Source of the DNA: a virus
Taxonomy: Duplodnaviria; Caudoviricetes
IMG/VR virus record: IMGVR_UViG_2639763196_000002
Span: 1,128 to 65,127 of that record
Direction: 5' to 3' (one strand)
DNA length: 64,000 nucleotides
Shown here piece by piece: positions 18,485 to 27,606 of this stretch. Made by a program: the position numbers and the translations under genes. Every line of letters begins with the position of its first letter. The first letter of the stretch is position 1. The notes below the pieces were generated by a model that worked only from the letters and a program-made list of their open reading frames with translations, did not search any database and had not been told where the DNA came from.

Positions 18485-18934
18485 GGGTTCAAGCCTCGAT
18501 AATTGTCAAATCCCTTGTTTGCAGTGCGCCGAACAGACACACGCAAAATCATCAATGTCCCAGGCTTAACCCACTGCGTCGCAACGAACGGAACTCACCT
18601 GTTCGCCGACAGAAAGCCCCCTTGTCGATACCGAAAAACGGCAAAAAAATGAAACAATTTGTTACATCTGTGAGCAATAAAACATGCTCCGAATTTTTCG
18701 ACAAAAGACCTTTTTGGAATAGAGAGCCAGAAAAAAATGATAGGAAGCTAATAAAAATCACATCAACGATTCTTTTTAGTGCGGATGTTTTTTCTAAAAC
18801 CCTGATTATTCGAAATTATATTCACCCGCTCAAAAACGCTCGCCCCGGAAAGAATCTCGCGAAGGCACGACCTGCGAGCGCAACTTAAACAATTCTTCAT
18901 AAACACAACTTTCTGAAAAGCCAGAGCAGGTTCA

Positions 18935-19138
18935 CGCGTTAACAGCGGTGTCTCCTTGCAAAACGCCTTGCACCACACCTCCAATCTTCTCCACGTCGCC
19001 AAGCTGCTCGCAGAAGATGCGGCGATGACCATGGAGACGGACCGTTACGCCTGGGCTTCGCATGATTTGCAGGAAATGGTCGAGGCGGTGGTTGATGATG
19101 GGGTGAAGGTGTTGGATTCGCCGGTTAATACCCAGTAA
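18935..19138 (+). pseudogene. DUF3077-like small protein remnant (5' truncated)
   Basis: RVNSGVSLQNALHHTSNLLHVAKLLAEDAA...TDRYAWASH resembles a common Pseudomonas small-protein family; no proper start seen. Confidence 0.5.
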
Positions 19139-19353
19139 GCCGCGAAAATAGAAAAGGCGGGTAACCGCTAACCTGTGGCGGCGCCGCTCCTTTAGTGGTG
19201 GATATCGGGGCGGCACCGCTTTTGCTTTTTTACCTATCCGTTTGCGACCTGCGAACCCCCGACCTCGCGTGTTAACCTTGCCGCCATCGCAAAAAATGCT
19301 GGGCCAAGCGCCCCCTTTGCCCCATCACTTTCAACGAATTTGCCTACTACCCA

Positions 19354-19401
19354 ATGAGTAAAAACACTTCAGACCTGTCCTCCCACACCCCGATTGTGTA
19401 G
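19354..19401 (+). pseudogene. mutS: 5' fragment of mutS interrupted by prophage
   Basis: ATG...CAC ACC CCG AT = MSKNTSDLSSHTP, the MutS N-terminus that normally continues MMQQY; here it reads IV-stop. Confidence 0.85.
19379..19394 (+). other. Putative attL core
   Basis: CCTCCCACACCCCGAT at the point where mutS similarity ends; 14-bp second copy at 19591-19604. Confidence 0.7.
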
Positions 19402-19729
19402 GAGTATGTGGGGAATTTTGAGGGATCGGCCCGTGGCTGCGGGCTGTGATGCTCATTCTCGGCAGGTTGCATAAATGCATAATGGGCATTAGATGGCATA
19501 GATTGGCGTACGGTTTGCCCCATTTATGCCCCACGAGAGTCCACCGAATCCTGCTTGCCCAATCATTCGATGTTGGATCGGGCGGACTACCCTCCCACAC
19601 CCCGGTCCCCAAACTCAGCCTTTATAATCTTTTCGCGTTTTAGCAATTTCCAAGCAAGTTGAAATCACTGCCTGACAAGGGCGCGACCGGTACTATGCTT
19701 CTACTTTTTTCTCGAAGGGAGCTTACGCC

Positions 19730-19945
19730 ATGCTTGGTGATTATTCGCTGTGCGATGTGCTTGAGAGGATGTACACCAACCAACTAGCCTTGGAGGCAGC
19801 CTTAATGGAGCTGACACTGCACCTGGAGCTGCAAGGCTCGTCAGAGGTGGGGAGTAACGTTCGTGGCGCGCTTGACACGGTTGGTGAAAACGCCGGCTAC
19901 ATCAAACAGGGCTTAGCCAAGCTCAAAGGTTCGAATTCCTGCTAA
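19730..19945 (+). CDS. Hypothetical protein (71 aa)
   Basis: GGGAG SD; helical small ORF next to att. Confidence 0.65.
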   Translation: MLGDYSLCDVLERMYTNQLALEAALMELTLHLELQGSSEVGSNVRGALDTVGENAGYIKQGLAKLKGSNSC

Positions 19946-20006
19946 GTCTGAACCATCTCAGGTTTGTAGCCGGTGAATCCAACGCCGGCAGCCTTAGGTG
20001 CTGACA

Positions 20007-20130
20007 GGCAGCAATCGGCCAAAAGCAGCCGCTCATAAGGGAACGTGTTCGTCCTAAAGCTGCCGGTGGCTAAAAAGCAGATATCCGCCTAGAGCGAACG
20101 TTTCTTAGTGGGTGCTAATGCCCCATACTG
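20007..20130. repeat. Tandem degenerate 24-bp dyad units, 34-35 bp period
   Basis: GGCAGC-AATC-GGCC-AAAA-GCAGCC followed by three decaying copies (cores at 20015, 20049, 20084, 20118). Confidence 0.6.
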
Positions 20131-20275
20131 GGATTTTGGAGTATGGCGCGCACAACGGTTTATCCTGCCAAACCTGGGTGCTGCTTTACCGGGCAGCATG
20201 CTTGCCGAGAGGTGTTTAGCCGATGGGCACTACCTCAGCGAAATTAATTTTTTCTAAAGTACTTATGGGTTTTTT

Positions 20276-22078
20276 ATGCCAGAAGCGACCACCCTTACTG
20301 TAGTGACATCCGTTGCGCGTTTATTAGCGCCGGTTCTTAATAGTGTTTACGGTGCTGCAAAGGGCTCGATCAAGAGTCGCTTGCAAAGCTGGAAGGCTGG
20401 GGAGGATCTTGAAAAAATTTCTGAGTATTACGTTCGACTGGCGAGTGTTAAAACAATTTTCTCTCGTGATGAAGCGCTATCAATTGACTCATTTTATTAT
20501 CCCTCCCGCGTGTCATTTAAAAAGCGCCGCAAGGCGGTAAATGGCCTTAGCGATTTGCCAGATGGATGTGTGGTAGTAGAAGGAGTGGTAGGACAGGGTA
20601 AGTCAATTTTTATGCGTCACCTAGCGTTGTCTATGCTTACTGATACAAACCAACAAAAAATTCCAGTTTTTGTCGAACTTCGAAATATCACCGCAAAAAA
20701 CTCATTAAAAAGCTTAATCTGGAAAGCTTTGCAAGCTATAGGTGTTAACCCGGATGATGAGGTGATTAACTATCTTTCCAAAGAACAAAAATTAGTTCTC
20801 GTTCTAGATGGTTTCGATGAGATTTTAGAAAACCTAGTAATTGATACGATTGCAGAAATTAGCGATCTTAAAAATCTTAATTCAGGCTTGCAAATCATCG
20901 TTTCTTCGCGCCCCCAGAATGCGATTCAAAACATCCCAGAATTTAAAGTTGTAACATTAGAGCCACTTCGCTCCTCTGATCATGACGCATTCCTGAAGAA
21001 GCTAGGGGTCGACTCAACTAGAAGGGTTGAATTGCTAGCAGCAATTAAAGATAGCCCCGAAGATATTCAGGACGCTATTAGTACGCCATTAATGATGTCC
21101 ATTGTTGTTTTGGTCTATGAAAGCGTCAACCAAATACCGCCATATTTGTCAGAGTTTTTTAGTGCATTATTTCATGTTGTATTTACACAGCATGACAGCC
21201 TTAAAGAAGCTTTTCGGCGGAAGCACCACACGGGCCTACCAGAAAATAAACTGCAGCATCTTTTTGAAGCTTTTTGCTTTGTGGTTATGCAAAAGTCTTA
21301 TGGGCGAACCCTCAGTACGTCAAAATTCCATGAATGTTTTGAGAAAGCGGTGAAATACGTTCCAGACGCTAAATGCTCTGCGGACAAATTCAGGGCAGAT
21401 ATCGTAGGTGTGGCATGCCTAATGCTTGAGGAAGGCGTCGGTGAGACAACCTTCCTGCACAAAGGAATATTGGATTATTTTGCCGCTGCCTTTGCTGCGC
21501 GACTGGAAGCACTTTCCGAGAGTTTTTATGCATCGATTGCATCCGCGTATAGAAACTGGAAAGTAACTCTACAATTTTTAGCAAATATAGATCAACACCG
21601 ATATCTAAAATATTATTATCTTGTAGTAGTGTCCGAGGAGCTGGAAGAGCTATCAACCGTTCTGCGAGAGTTAGAGGATGCTGATGTTGCGGCATATGCT
21701 ATTGGATTGTTCGGTGAGGCAGAGATTCAACAAGCTGGAGGCATAACAAGATTTACACTTATGCCAACCTTCAGAAATGAACTTGCCGAAGTTGCTGCAA
21801 GCGCATGCCGCGAGGAAATTTCAAGCTTTCCCGTATTTTCTACAACCACTGACCAATTCAAGGATTTTGCATTGCACAGCCGCAAACATATAAATATTGC
21901 GGATAATGATGTCACGTTCGGATTGGATGCTGCATTTGAACTCTACGGGATTGACACAGTGCGAGCGGCGTTGGTCCGCGTGGAGGAAGAATACTTTCGC
22001 AAGATAGATTTTGCAACTAAGCAGCTACAAGAATATGAGGACAGGGACGCTGAAATTGATATGAGTTTTGATGCATAG
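20276..22078 (+). CDS. NACHT-domain (STAND NTPase) protein, candidate anti-phage
   Basis: Walker A GVVGQGKS, IPVFVELR, Walker B LVLDGFDE, SSRP, STPLM, FLHKGILDYFAA; low GC. Confidence 0.85.
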   Translation: MPEATTLTVVTSVARLLAPVLNSVYGAAKGSIKSRLQSWKAGEDLEKISEYYVRLASVKTIFSRDEALSIDSFYYPSRVSFKKRRKAVNGLSDLPDGCVVVEGVVGQGKSIFMRHLALSMLTDTNQQKIPVFVELRNITAKNSLKSLIWKALQAIGVNPDDEVINYLSKEQKLVLVLDGFDEILENLVIDTIAEISDLKNLNSGLQIIVSSRPQNAIQNIPEFKVVTLEPLRSSDHDAFLKKLGVDSTRRVELLAAIKDSPEDIQDAISTPLMMSIVVLVYESVNQIPPYLSEFFSALFHVVFTQHDSLKEAFRRKHHTGLPENKLQHLFEAFCFVVMQKSYGRTLSTSKFHECFEKAVKYVPDAKCSADKFRADIVGVACLMLEEGVGETTFLHKGILDYFAAAFAARLEALSESFYASIASAYRNWKVTLQFLANIDQHRYLKYYYLVVVSEELEELSTVLRELEDADVAAYAIGLFGEAEIQQAGGITRFTLMPTFRNELAEVAASACREEISSFPVFSTTTDQFKDFALHSRKHINIADNDVTFGLDAAFELYGIDTVRAALVRVEEEYFRKIDFATKQLQEYEDRDAEIDMSFDA

Positions 22079-22196
22079 CTCATCTCTAGTTAGCTGGCTC
22101 ATGAGATTTTTTGGTGAGATTAGCTTCTTAGGTTTTTTATGGGAGTGGGCTGTACCAAGTAACACGGGCCGAGCCACGAGCGAGCGTGATTCGAGT

Positions 22197-22256
22197 GTCC
22201 TCTTCTGGCCCACAACAGCCACTCATGGCAGGCCGCTGTCGGCCAAAACCGGACGA
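22197..22256. repeat. Two 24-bp dyad units, 34 bp apart
   Basis: GTCCTC-TTCT-GGCC-CACA-ACAGCC and GGCCGC-TGTC-GGCC-AAAA-CCGGAC. Confidence 0.6.
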
Positions 22257-22268
22257 TAAATGAGCACG

Positions 22269-23165
22269 CTAGACTGCGCCTCTTCGCTCAGCAAAAGCCT
22301 CCTCTTTGTATGCCTGAGCCCAGGCTTCAAGCTCAGGGAGTTCAGCAGTTTCCAAGTGTAAAATTAGCTCTTCATTCGCCAGTACACTTTCGTAAAAAAT
22401 GTGCCCCCAAGAGTTTACTGACTTCCGTCGAGCTTTGTTTCTAAACAACACCAACTGTTGCCGCATTTCGAGTCCCGCATCACGTATATCTGCAGCAGAG
22501 CCCAATAGGTGGGTGTATTGCTCGCGAAAAAAATGATAGTAACGAATGTTTATCCCGAGACTCGTTATATGCCGAAAAACCAATTCCTGCAATTCCTGGC
22601 TCAGGGCCTCACTTGGATATAATTCCATAGACTCAGGTGCTGAATATGGCTCGCCAATTCTAAGATTTATAACTTGTTGATCTAGAAACTCATCAAAGTA
22701 AGGATGTAAAAAAAGACGCTCACCATCATTGCTTAGTACTTTTTCGAGTTTCTTTCCCTGGCATTTATCACACATAGGTGACAAATTAACTGCCGTTATA
22801 GAAAAATCTGGAAAGGAGTTTTTAGGAAGGTAATGATCCAAAGTGTTAGGTGTGCCATCCTCACCACATGCTGGACACATTTGCAGTGTTCGCTCCCGCA
22901 ATTTCTCTAGGACCGGCTTTTGCACAGAGTTGAGTTTCGGGCTGTTATAAAGAGTCAGAAACCTAGTCTTGAATTTAACGGCATCCGCCCAAGGAACTAA
23001 GACTTCTGGATTTCCACAGGCGCGAATGTAGTTCCGTATTCGCATCTTCCAAGGTGTCCGTATCCGCTCAAAATATGCCGAATTGCGCCCCTGCTGACGC
23101 TGGTCAACAACGTCATCAATTAATATGACATCATCAACAGTAGGGGGGTGGAGGCGAGTTACCAT
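22269..23165 (-). CDS. HNH endonuclease (PtuB-like)
   Basis: CPACG...TLDHYLPK...FPDFS...NLSPMCDKC...LHPYFD. Confidence 0.8.
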   Translation of the reverse strand: MVTRLHPPTVDDVILIDDVVDQRQQGRNSAYFERIRTPWKMRIRNYIRACGNPEVLVPWADAVKFKTRFLTLYNSPKLNSVQKPVLEKLRERTLQMCPACGEDGTPNTLDHYLPKNSFPDFSITAVNLSPMCDKCQGKKLEKVLSNDGERLFLHPYFDEFLDQQVINLRIGEPYSAPESMELYPSEALSQELQELVFRHITSLGINIRYYHFFREQYTHLLGSAADIRDAGLEMRQQLVLFRNKARRKSVNSWGHIFYESVLANEELILHLETAELPELEAWAQAYKEEAFAERRGAV

Positions 23166-24937
23166 TTTCCAGCCCCCATAGCGCTTATCTGAATAATCAT
23201 CTCTTCGTTGATATTATCGCCTAACTCCTCAATGAGTCTATCGGCAGTACCGAATTCTTTGAGTTTTTGTCGGATCCAAGACTCGAACGGTTTTGACACT
23301 GACTTGTCGCCAAATACGTAAGAAGAAATACGCTGCATATCTCCTCCAAATGTTTCAAAAGGGGGATGATTTATGAACAACTTTTTTTCCTCCTTCTCAA
23401 ACACATGCACACAGCCTCGAGGTAACTCTCGGACTGTTACCAGCGAATGGGTAGCGAGCAAAGCTTTGGAGCGATAGCTTATTAGTAGATCTTTAAGCAT
23501 TGAAATGAAGGCTATTTCAAGCGTTGGATGCAGGAATAATTCCGGCTCATCAATAAGGATCAGACTGTTACGTCTAATCGCACCTAAAATATTGATAACG
23601 ATATAGGCGAATAGCCGCTGCCCCGAACTTAGCTCTACGACACTTCCATTTTTTAAAAAGAAAATACCTTTTCCGGCAAGTATGGATGAAGAAAGCTCTT
23701 TCGAGTTTAGTACTTCTATACGGTCACTTCCAATTGGAATCAAAACGCGTTCACGGCTATCTGTACCTTCCGCCTCCATGTTTAGCCTCACCACGATATT
23801 ATTATCAGGAAGCTTTTTACTTAGCAGAAATAATGAGTCTGGGTTTAATAATGTAGTTAAATCCACCAAAGGATCTACCGCAACCGCAGCACAATCGAAG
23901 TCGATCGCGGTACGGAGTACCCTCTCCATAGTCTCAACCTTCGCAGACCAATCTTTGATCGCACCGTAGACTTGATCGTCAGAAAGGCAAGCAAGTAGAG
24001 AGCGAGCTGCATTAATTTTAGGACGACTATGCGATAAGCGAATTTTTTTCTTACTACTTCCCGTATTATCAAAAACTGATTGCCAGCCGCGAAGACCAAA
24101 ATATCGGTAAATATTGTGATCCTGTCGGCCTCCTGACTGTTTCACACTGTTTTCGGAGTCTATTGGAAAACGCTCAAATGGACTGTATGAAATGACAATC
24201 ATTTGATTAATATTGAGAGGATCTTTAAACCCCACATCCGCATCATCTTCAGCACTCAGATCCAACCAGTGCTCGACCATCTGCATCAATGTTTGTGATT
24301 TTCCAACTCCGTTGGGCCCAATTAATACATGAATATCGTGCGGCAAAAGCCGATCTGCAGAGTCGAAGTCCAAGTTCAGTTTTTGACATTCCCCTTGAGG
24401 ATCGAGGAAGCGAAACTGTATGTCACCAACATTTATGTCAGCCGCACTGAGCAGTTTCCAGACGCTTTGATAGGCGGCCTGCGCCCCGCGCTCTCGCAGC
24501 AGGGAATACCGGAATCCTTCAGACTCAATTAAGTCAAGGCTAGCAGGTTCTTCGTCAATCCAGCGCTTCAAGCTGGCATCATTGAGTGTGCGCGCAACAT
24601 CTAAAGTTGCAGCGTTTCCAATGTATCCATCGATTTGCTCATAGAAAGTCGTGTTGGAGGGAACCGAAACGTAATTCACGTTGCGTACTGGGAATTCCCC
24701 ATCCCATCCCTGTGCCACCAAGCTGTCCAGATAACGATAAGAAACTTTTTCACCACTAAATAGGATTTTGATGGCGCCTGTCACCACATCCTCTCCCTCG
24801 ATGCGGCACTGTACGGGAAAAGTTGTTTTATAGTCGTAGTCATCCCACCGATCGAAGCCGAGCAGAAGTAGATCTCCTTTTCTTTTTAGTAGAGCTAAGC
24901 GTTTCTGAGAGTCTTGGCCAACGTAAAATACACGCAC
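23159..24937 (-). CDS. ABC/AAA_21 ATPase (PtuA-like)
   Basis: GPNGVGKS, ISYSPFE, LSSGQ signature, LIDEPELFLHP, ATHS; likely GTG start at 24937; overlaps HNH start. Confidence 0.85.
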   Translation of the reverse strand: MRVFYVGQDSQKRLALLKRKGDLLLLGFDRWDDYDYKTTFPVQCRIEGEDVVTGAIKILFSGEKVSYRYLDSLVAQGWDGEFPVRNVNYVSVPSNTTFYEQIDGYIGNAATLDVARTLNDASLKRWIDEEPASLDLIESEGFRYSLLRERGAQAAYQSVWKLLSAADINVGDIQFRFLDPQGECQKLNLDFDSADRLLPHDIHVLIGPNGVGKSQTLMQMVEHWLDLSAEDDADVGFKDPLNINQMIVISYSPFERFPIDSENSVKQSGGRQDHNIYRYFGLRGWQSVFDNTGSSKKKIRLSHSRPKINAARSLLACLSDDQVYGAIKDWSAKVETMERVLRTAIDFDCAAVAVDPLVDLTTLLNPDSLFLLSKKLPDNNIVVRLNMEAEGTDSRERVLIPIGSDRIEVLNSKELSSSILAGKGIFFLKNGSVVELSSGQRLFAYIVINILGAIRRNSLILIDEPELFLHPTLEIAFISMLKDLLISYRSKALLATHSLVTVRELPRGCVHVFEKEEKKLFINHPPFETFGGDMQRISSYVFGDKSVSKPFESWIRQKLKEFGTADRLIEELGDNINEEMIIQISAMGAGKW

Positions 24938-25077
24938 GTAACAACACCTTCCCTGAGTGTGCACGCCTCAGTCAGCCTGGGGTGCTTGTTCCCCATATAT
25001 TAAGCGCAGTGGGACTAATCCGGAATAGGGTATTGATTCACTTTGAATCGCCCCTAGTTTTTTATACATATTCGAAT

Positions 25078-25107
25078 GGCAGCTTCTGGCCGAAAGCAGC
25101 AGCCATT
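25078..25107. repeat. 24-bp dyad unit
   Basis: GGCAGC-TTCT-GGCC-GAAA-GCAGC(AGC)C immediately past the umuC stop. Confidence 0.6.
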
Positions 25108-26380
25108 ACCTACAGGCTACAGACCAAAGCTGATCCAGCTTGGTTGTATAGCTTTGACTCAGCAATTCACGCCGCATGGCCCAGTCAGGATCTGTCGGCA
25201 CGCTTGCAGAGCGGAGCGTGCCCCTTCCCCAGCGAACATTGATCTCATCCAGAACTGTCATTAACCGTGTTGTTTTGGTCGGCTGGGACGGGGCGAACAG
25301 ATCACCGGTGTACTCACCGGGCTGACATAGATTGAGCAACATCACCTCTGCCTTGCTGTACTTGAAGCCTGGCCGGAATATTCGCTCGAGCGCACCTATC
25401 GCCGCCTGGGTTAGCAGACGAACGTCATCAGTGGGGTACGGCATATCTACCACCACACCGTTGGCGAATTTCGCCTCCTCAGGATTGAACATCCCGGTGC
25501 GTATACTCACGCGCACCTTCTTGCACAGCGAGTTCTGGGCGCGAAGCTTCTCAGAAGCTCGCATCATGTAGGTGGCCACCGCCTCTTTGATAGGCGGCAG
25601 CTCCGTCAGCCGCAGGCCGAACATCCGACTGCAGCAGATCTCTTGCTTTGGCGGATCCGGCTCGTCCAGCTCCAAGCAAGGCGTACCGCCCAGCTCCCTG
25701 GCCGTCTTCTCGATCACAACGCTGAACTTCTTACGGAGCGTCCATGGGTCCGTCTTAGCCAAGTCCATTGCAGACTTGACTCCCATCGCATCGAGGTGAA
25801 GTTTCATCTTTCGGCCAACACCCCACACTTCTGCCACGTCCGTATTGCGCAACACCCAGTCCCGCTTAACCGGGTCGGTGATATTGACCACCCCACCCGT
25901 TTGGGACTGCAGGCGCTTCGCTGTATGGTTTGCAAGCTTCGCCAGGGTCTTTGTATAAGCGATGCCGACCCCGACAGGAATGCCGGTACATCGAAGCACC
26001 TGGGCACGGATCTGTCGGCCCAGGGCGTCCAAACCTGCAATACCGGTCAGGTCTGCAAATGCTTCATCAATCGAATACACCTCCACGGCCGGCACCAGCG
26101 ATTCAATCACGCTCATTACACGCTGGCTCATATCCCCGTACAGCGCGTAATTCGACGAGAAGGCCACAATCCCGTGCTGTCTGAGTTTGTGCTTAATCTG
26201 AAAATACGGTTCGCCCATTTTAACGAAGGGAGAGGCTTCATAGCTACGCGCAATGACACAGCCATCGTTGTTACTCAAGACGACGATCGGGACGCGCGCC
26301 AGATCCGGGCGAAACACGCGCTCACAGCTAGCGTAGAACCGGTTGCAGTCGACAAGTGCGAACACAGGCGATTTAGACAT
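25106..26380 (-). CDS. umuC: Y-family DNA polymerase V subunit UmuC/RulB
   Basis: LVDCNRFYASCE, VLSNNDGC, YSIDE motifs. Confidence 0.95.
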   Translation of the reverse strand: MSKSPVFALVDCNRFYASCERVFRPDLARVPIVVLSNNDGCVIARSYEASPFVKMGEPYFQIKHKLRQHGIVAFSSNYALYGDMSQRVMSVIESLVPAVEVYSIDEAFADLTGIAGLDALGRQIRAQVLRCTGIPVGVGIAYTKTLAKLANHTAKRLQSQTGGVVNITDPVKRDWVLRNTDVAEVWGVGRKMKLHLDAMGVKSAMDLAKTDPWTLRKKFSVVIEKTARELGGTPCLELDEPDPPKQEICCSRMFGLRLTELPPIKEAVATYMMRASEKLRAQNSLCKKVRVSIRTGMFNPEEAKFANGVVVDMPYPTDDVRLLTQAAIGALERIFRPGFKYSKAEVMLLNLCQPGEYTGDLFAPSQPTKTTRLMTVLDEINVRWGRGTLRSASVPTDPDWAMRRELLSQSYTTKLDQLWSVACR

Positions 26381-26798
26381 GACTGCGCACTGTGCTGGTG
26401 ATCACGCCCCAGATTGACAGCTCATCCCCTTCGAGCACGTAACGTGCCGGGTATTTGGGGTTCTCTGATAGAAGAATCACCTCCCGGCCGCGCTTGCATA
26501 GGCGCTTGCAGACGGGCTCATTGTTCAGCAGCGCCACCACCACATGCCCATGAGCAGGCTCAATGGCACGATCCACCACCGCGAGGTCCCCTTCGAAGAT
26601 ACCAATCCCCTGCATGCTTTCCCCGGTGATTGCTACCAGATACACGTGCGGTGCGCGGATATTCAGAACCTCATCCAATGAGATGTGTTGCTCAATATGA
26701 TCCGCAGCCGGCGAAGGAAAGCCGGCTGGAACCTGGAACGAACACATAGGCAGCTTCGCGCCTGCCTCAGCGATAGGACCTAGAATGGTGAAGCTCAT
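26373..26798 (-). CDS. umuD: Pol V subunit UmuD/RulA
   Basis: VPAGFPSPAADH, GESM, CKRL. Confidence 0.95.
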   Translation of the reverse strand: MSFTILGPIAEAGAKLPMCSFQVPAGFPSPAADHIEQHISLDEVLNIRAPHVYLVAITGESMQGIGIFEGDLAVVDRAIEPAHGHVVVALLNNEPVCKRLCKRGREVILLSENPKYPARYVLEGDELSIWGVITSTVRSHV

Positions 26799-26818
26799 GA
26801 TGCGGCCTTTTACAGATA

Positions 26819-26834
26819 CTGTACGAATGTACAG
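26819..26834. promoter_or_regulatory. LexA box between divergent umuDC and SRAP
   Basis: CTGTACGAATGTACAG, perfect CTGT-N8-ACAG. Confidence 0.9.
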
Positions 26835-26899
26835 TTAACTTTGTAGTGCGCTTGCGGTCAATTTTTCTGTAGGGGATTTCGACAGGCGGAGAGGTGCGT

Positions 26900-27601
26900 A
26901 TGTGCGGACGATTCGTGCAGTACGAAGGGATGGCGATCTTCATAGAAGAACTGAGCCCCCAGATAGAGCTGTTCAGCGGATACGACGCTCAGCCTATTGA
27001 TCGCTACAACGTCGCCCCGTCGACACGGGTGCAGTTGCTACACGCCGCAGAGGATGGGCTGCATATCGATGCAGTCAAATGGGGATGGGCGCCGTTCTGG
27101 GCCAAGGGCAAGCGCCCCGATCCGATCAACGCCCGTGTAGAGACGGTCACCACGGGTAAGTTCTTCAAGCAACTTTGGCCGAATGGCCGAGCCCTGGTGC
27201 CAAGTGAAGGGTGGTACGAGTGGGTCAAAGACCCTGACGATCCGAAGAGAAAGCAGCCCTACTTCATTCGCCTGAAGAGTCAAAAGCCTATGTTCTTTGG
27301 CGCGCTTGCCCAAATTCACCCTGGCCTGGATCCCCAAGACGGCGATGGGTTCGTGATCATCACCGCCGCCAGTGATCAGGGCATGGTGGACATCCACGAC
27401 CGCAAGCCGTTGGTGCTGACACCTGAGCACGCCAGGGAATGGATCGATCCCGACCTTACTCCAGCCCGGGCCGAGGAGATAGCAAAGGAATGTTGCCAGC
27501 CTGTGGAGGACTTTGAGTGGTATGCCGTTGGCAAAGCAGTGGGGAGTGTGAAAAACCAGGGGGCTGACTTACTACTGCCGGTACCATCCAGGGATGTTTG
27601 A
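26900..27601 (+). CDS. SOS response-associated peptidase (SRAP/YedK/HMCES family)
   Basis: MCGRF N-terminus, YNVAP, INARVET, GWYEW, IHDR. Confidence 0.92.
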   Translation: MCGRFVQYEGMAIFIEELSPQIELFSGYDAQPIDRYNVAPSTRVQLLHAAEDGLHIDAVKWGWAPFWAKGKRPDPINARVETVTTGKFFKQLWPNGRALVPSEGWYEWVKDPDDPKRKQPYFIRLKSQKPMFFGALAQIHPGLDPQDGDGFVIITAASDQGMVDIHDRKPLVLTPEHAREWIDPDLTPARAEEIAKECCQPVEDFEWYAVGKAVGSVKNQGADLLLPVPSRDV

Positions 27602-27606
27602 GGCTA

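Noticed and set aside
19140-19730. tRNA/tmRNA integration target
   Set aside because: No tRNA-like sequence seen; the junction is in the mutS coding start
20007-20130. CRISPR array
   Set aside because: Units are degenerate with a 34-35 bp period, leaving no room for repeat plus spacer, and no cas genes are present
22269-25075. Retron system
   Set aside because: No reverse transcriptase (YADD-type) ORF or msr-msd-like inverted repeats seen near the ATPase-HNH pair
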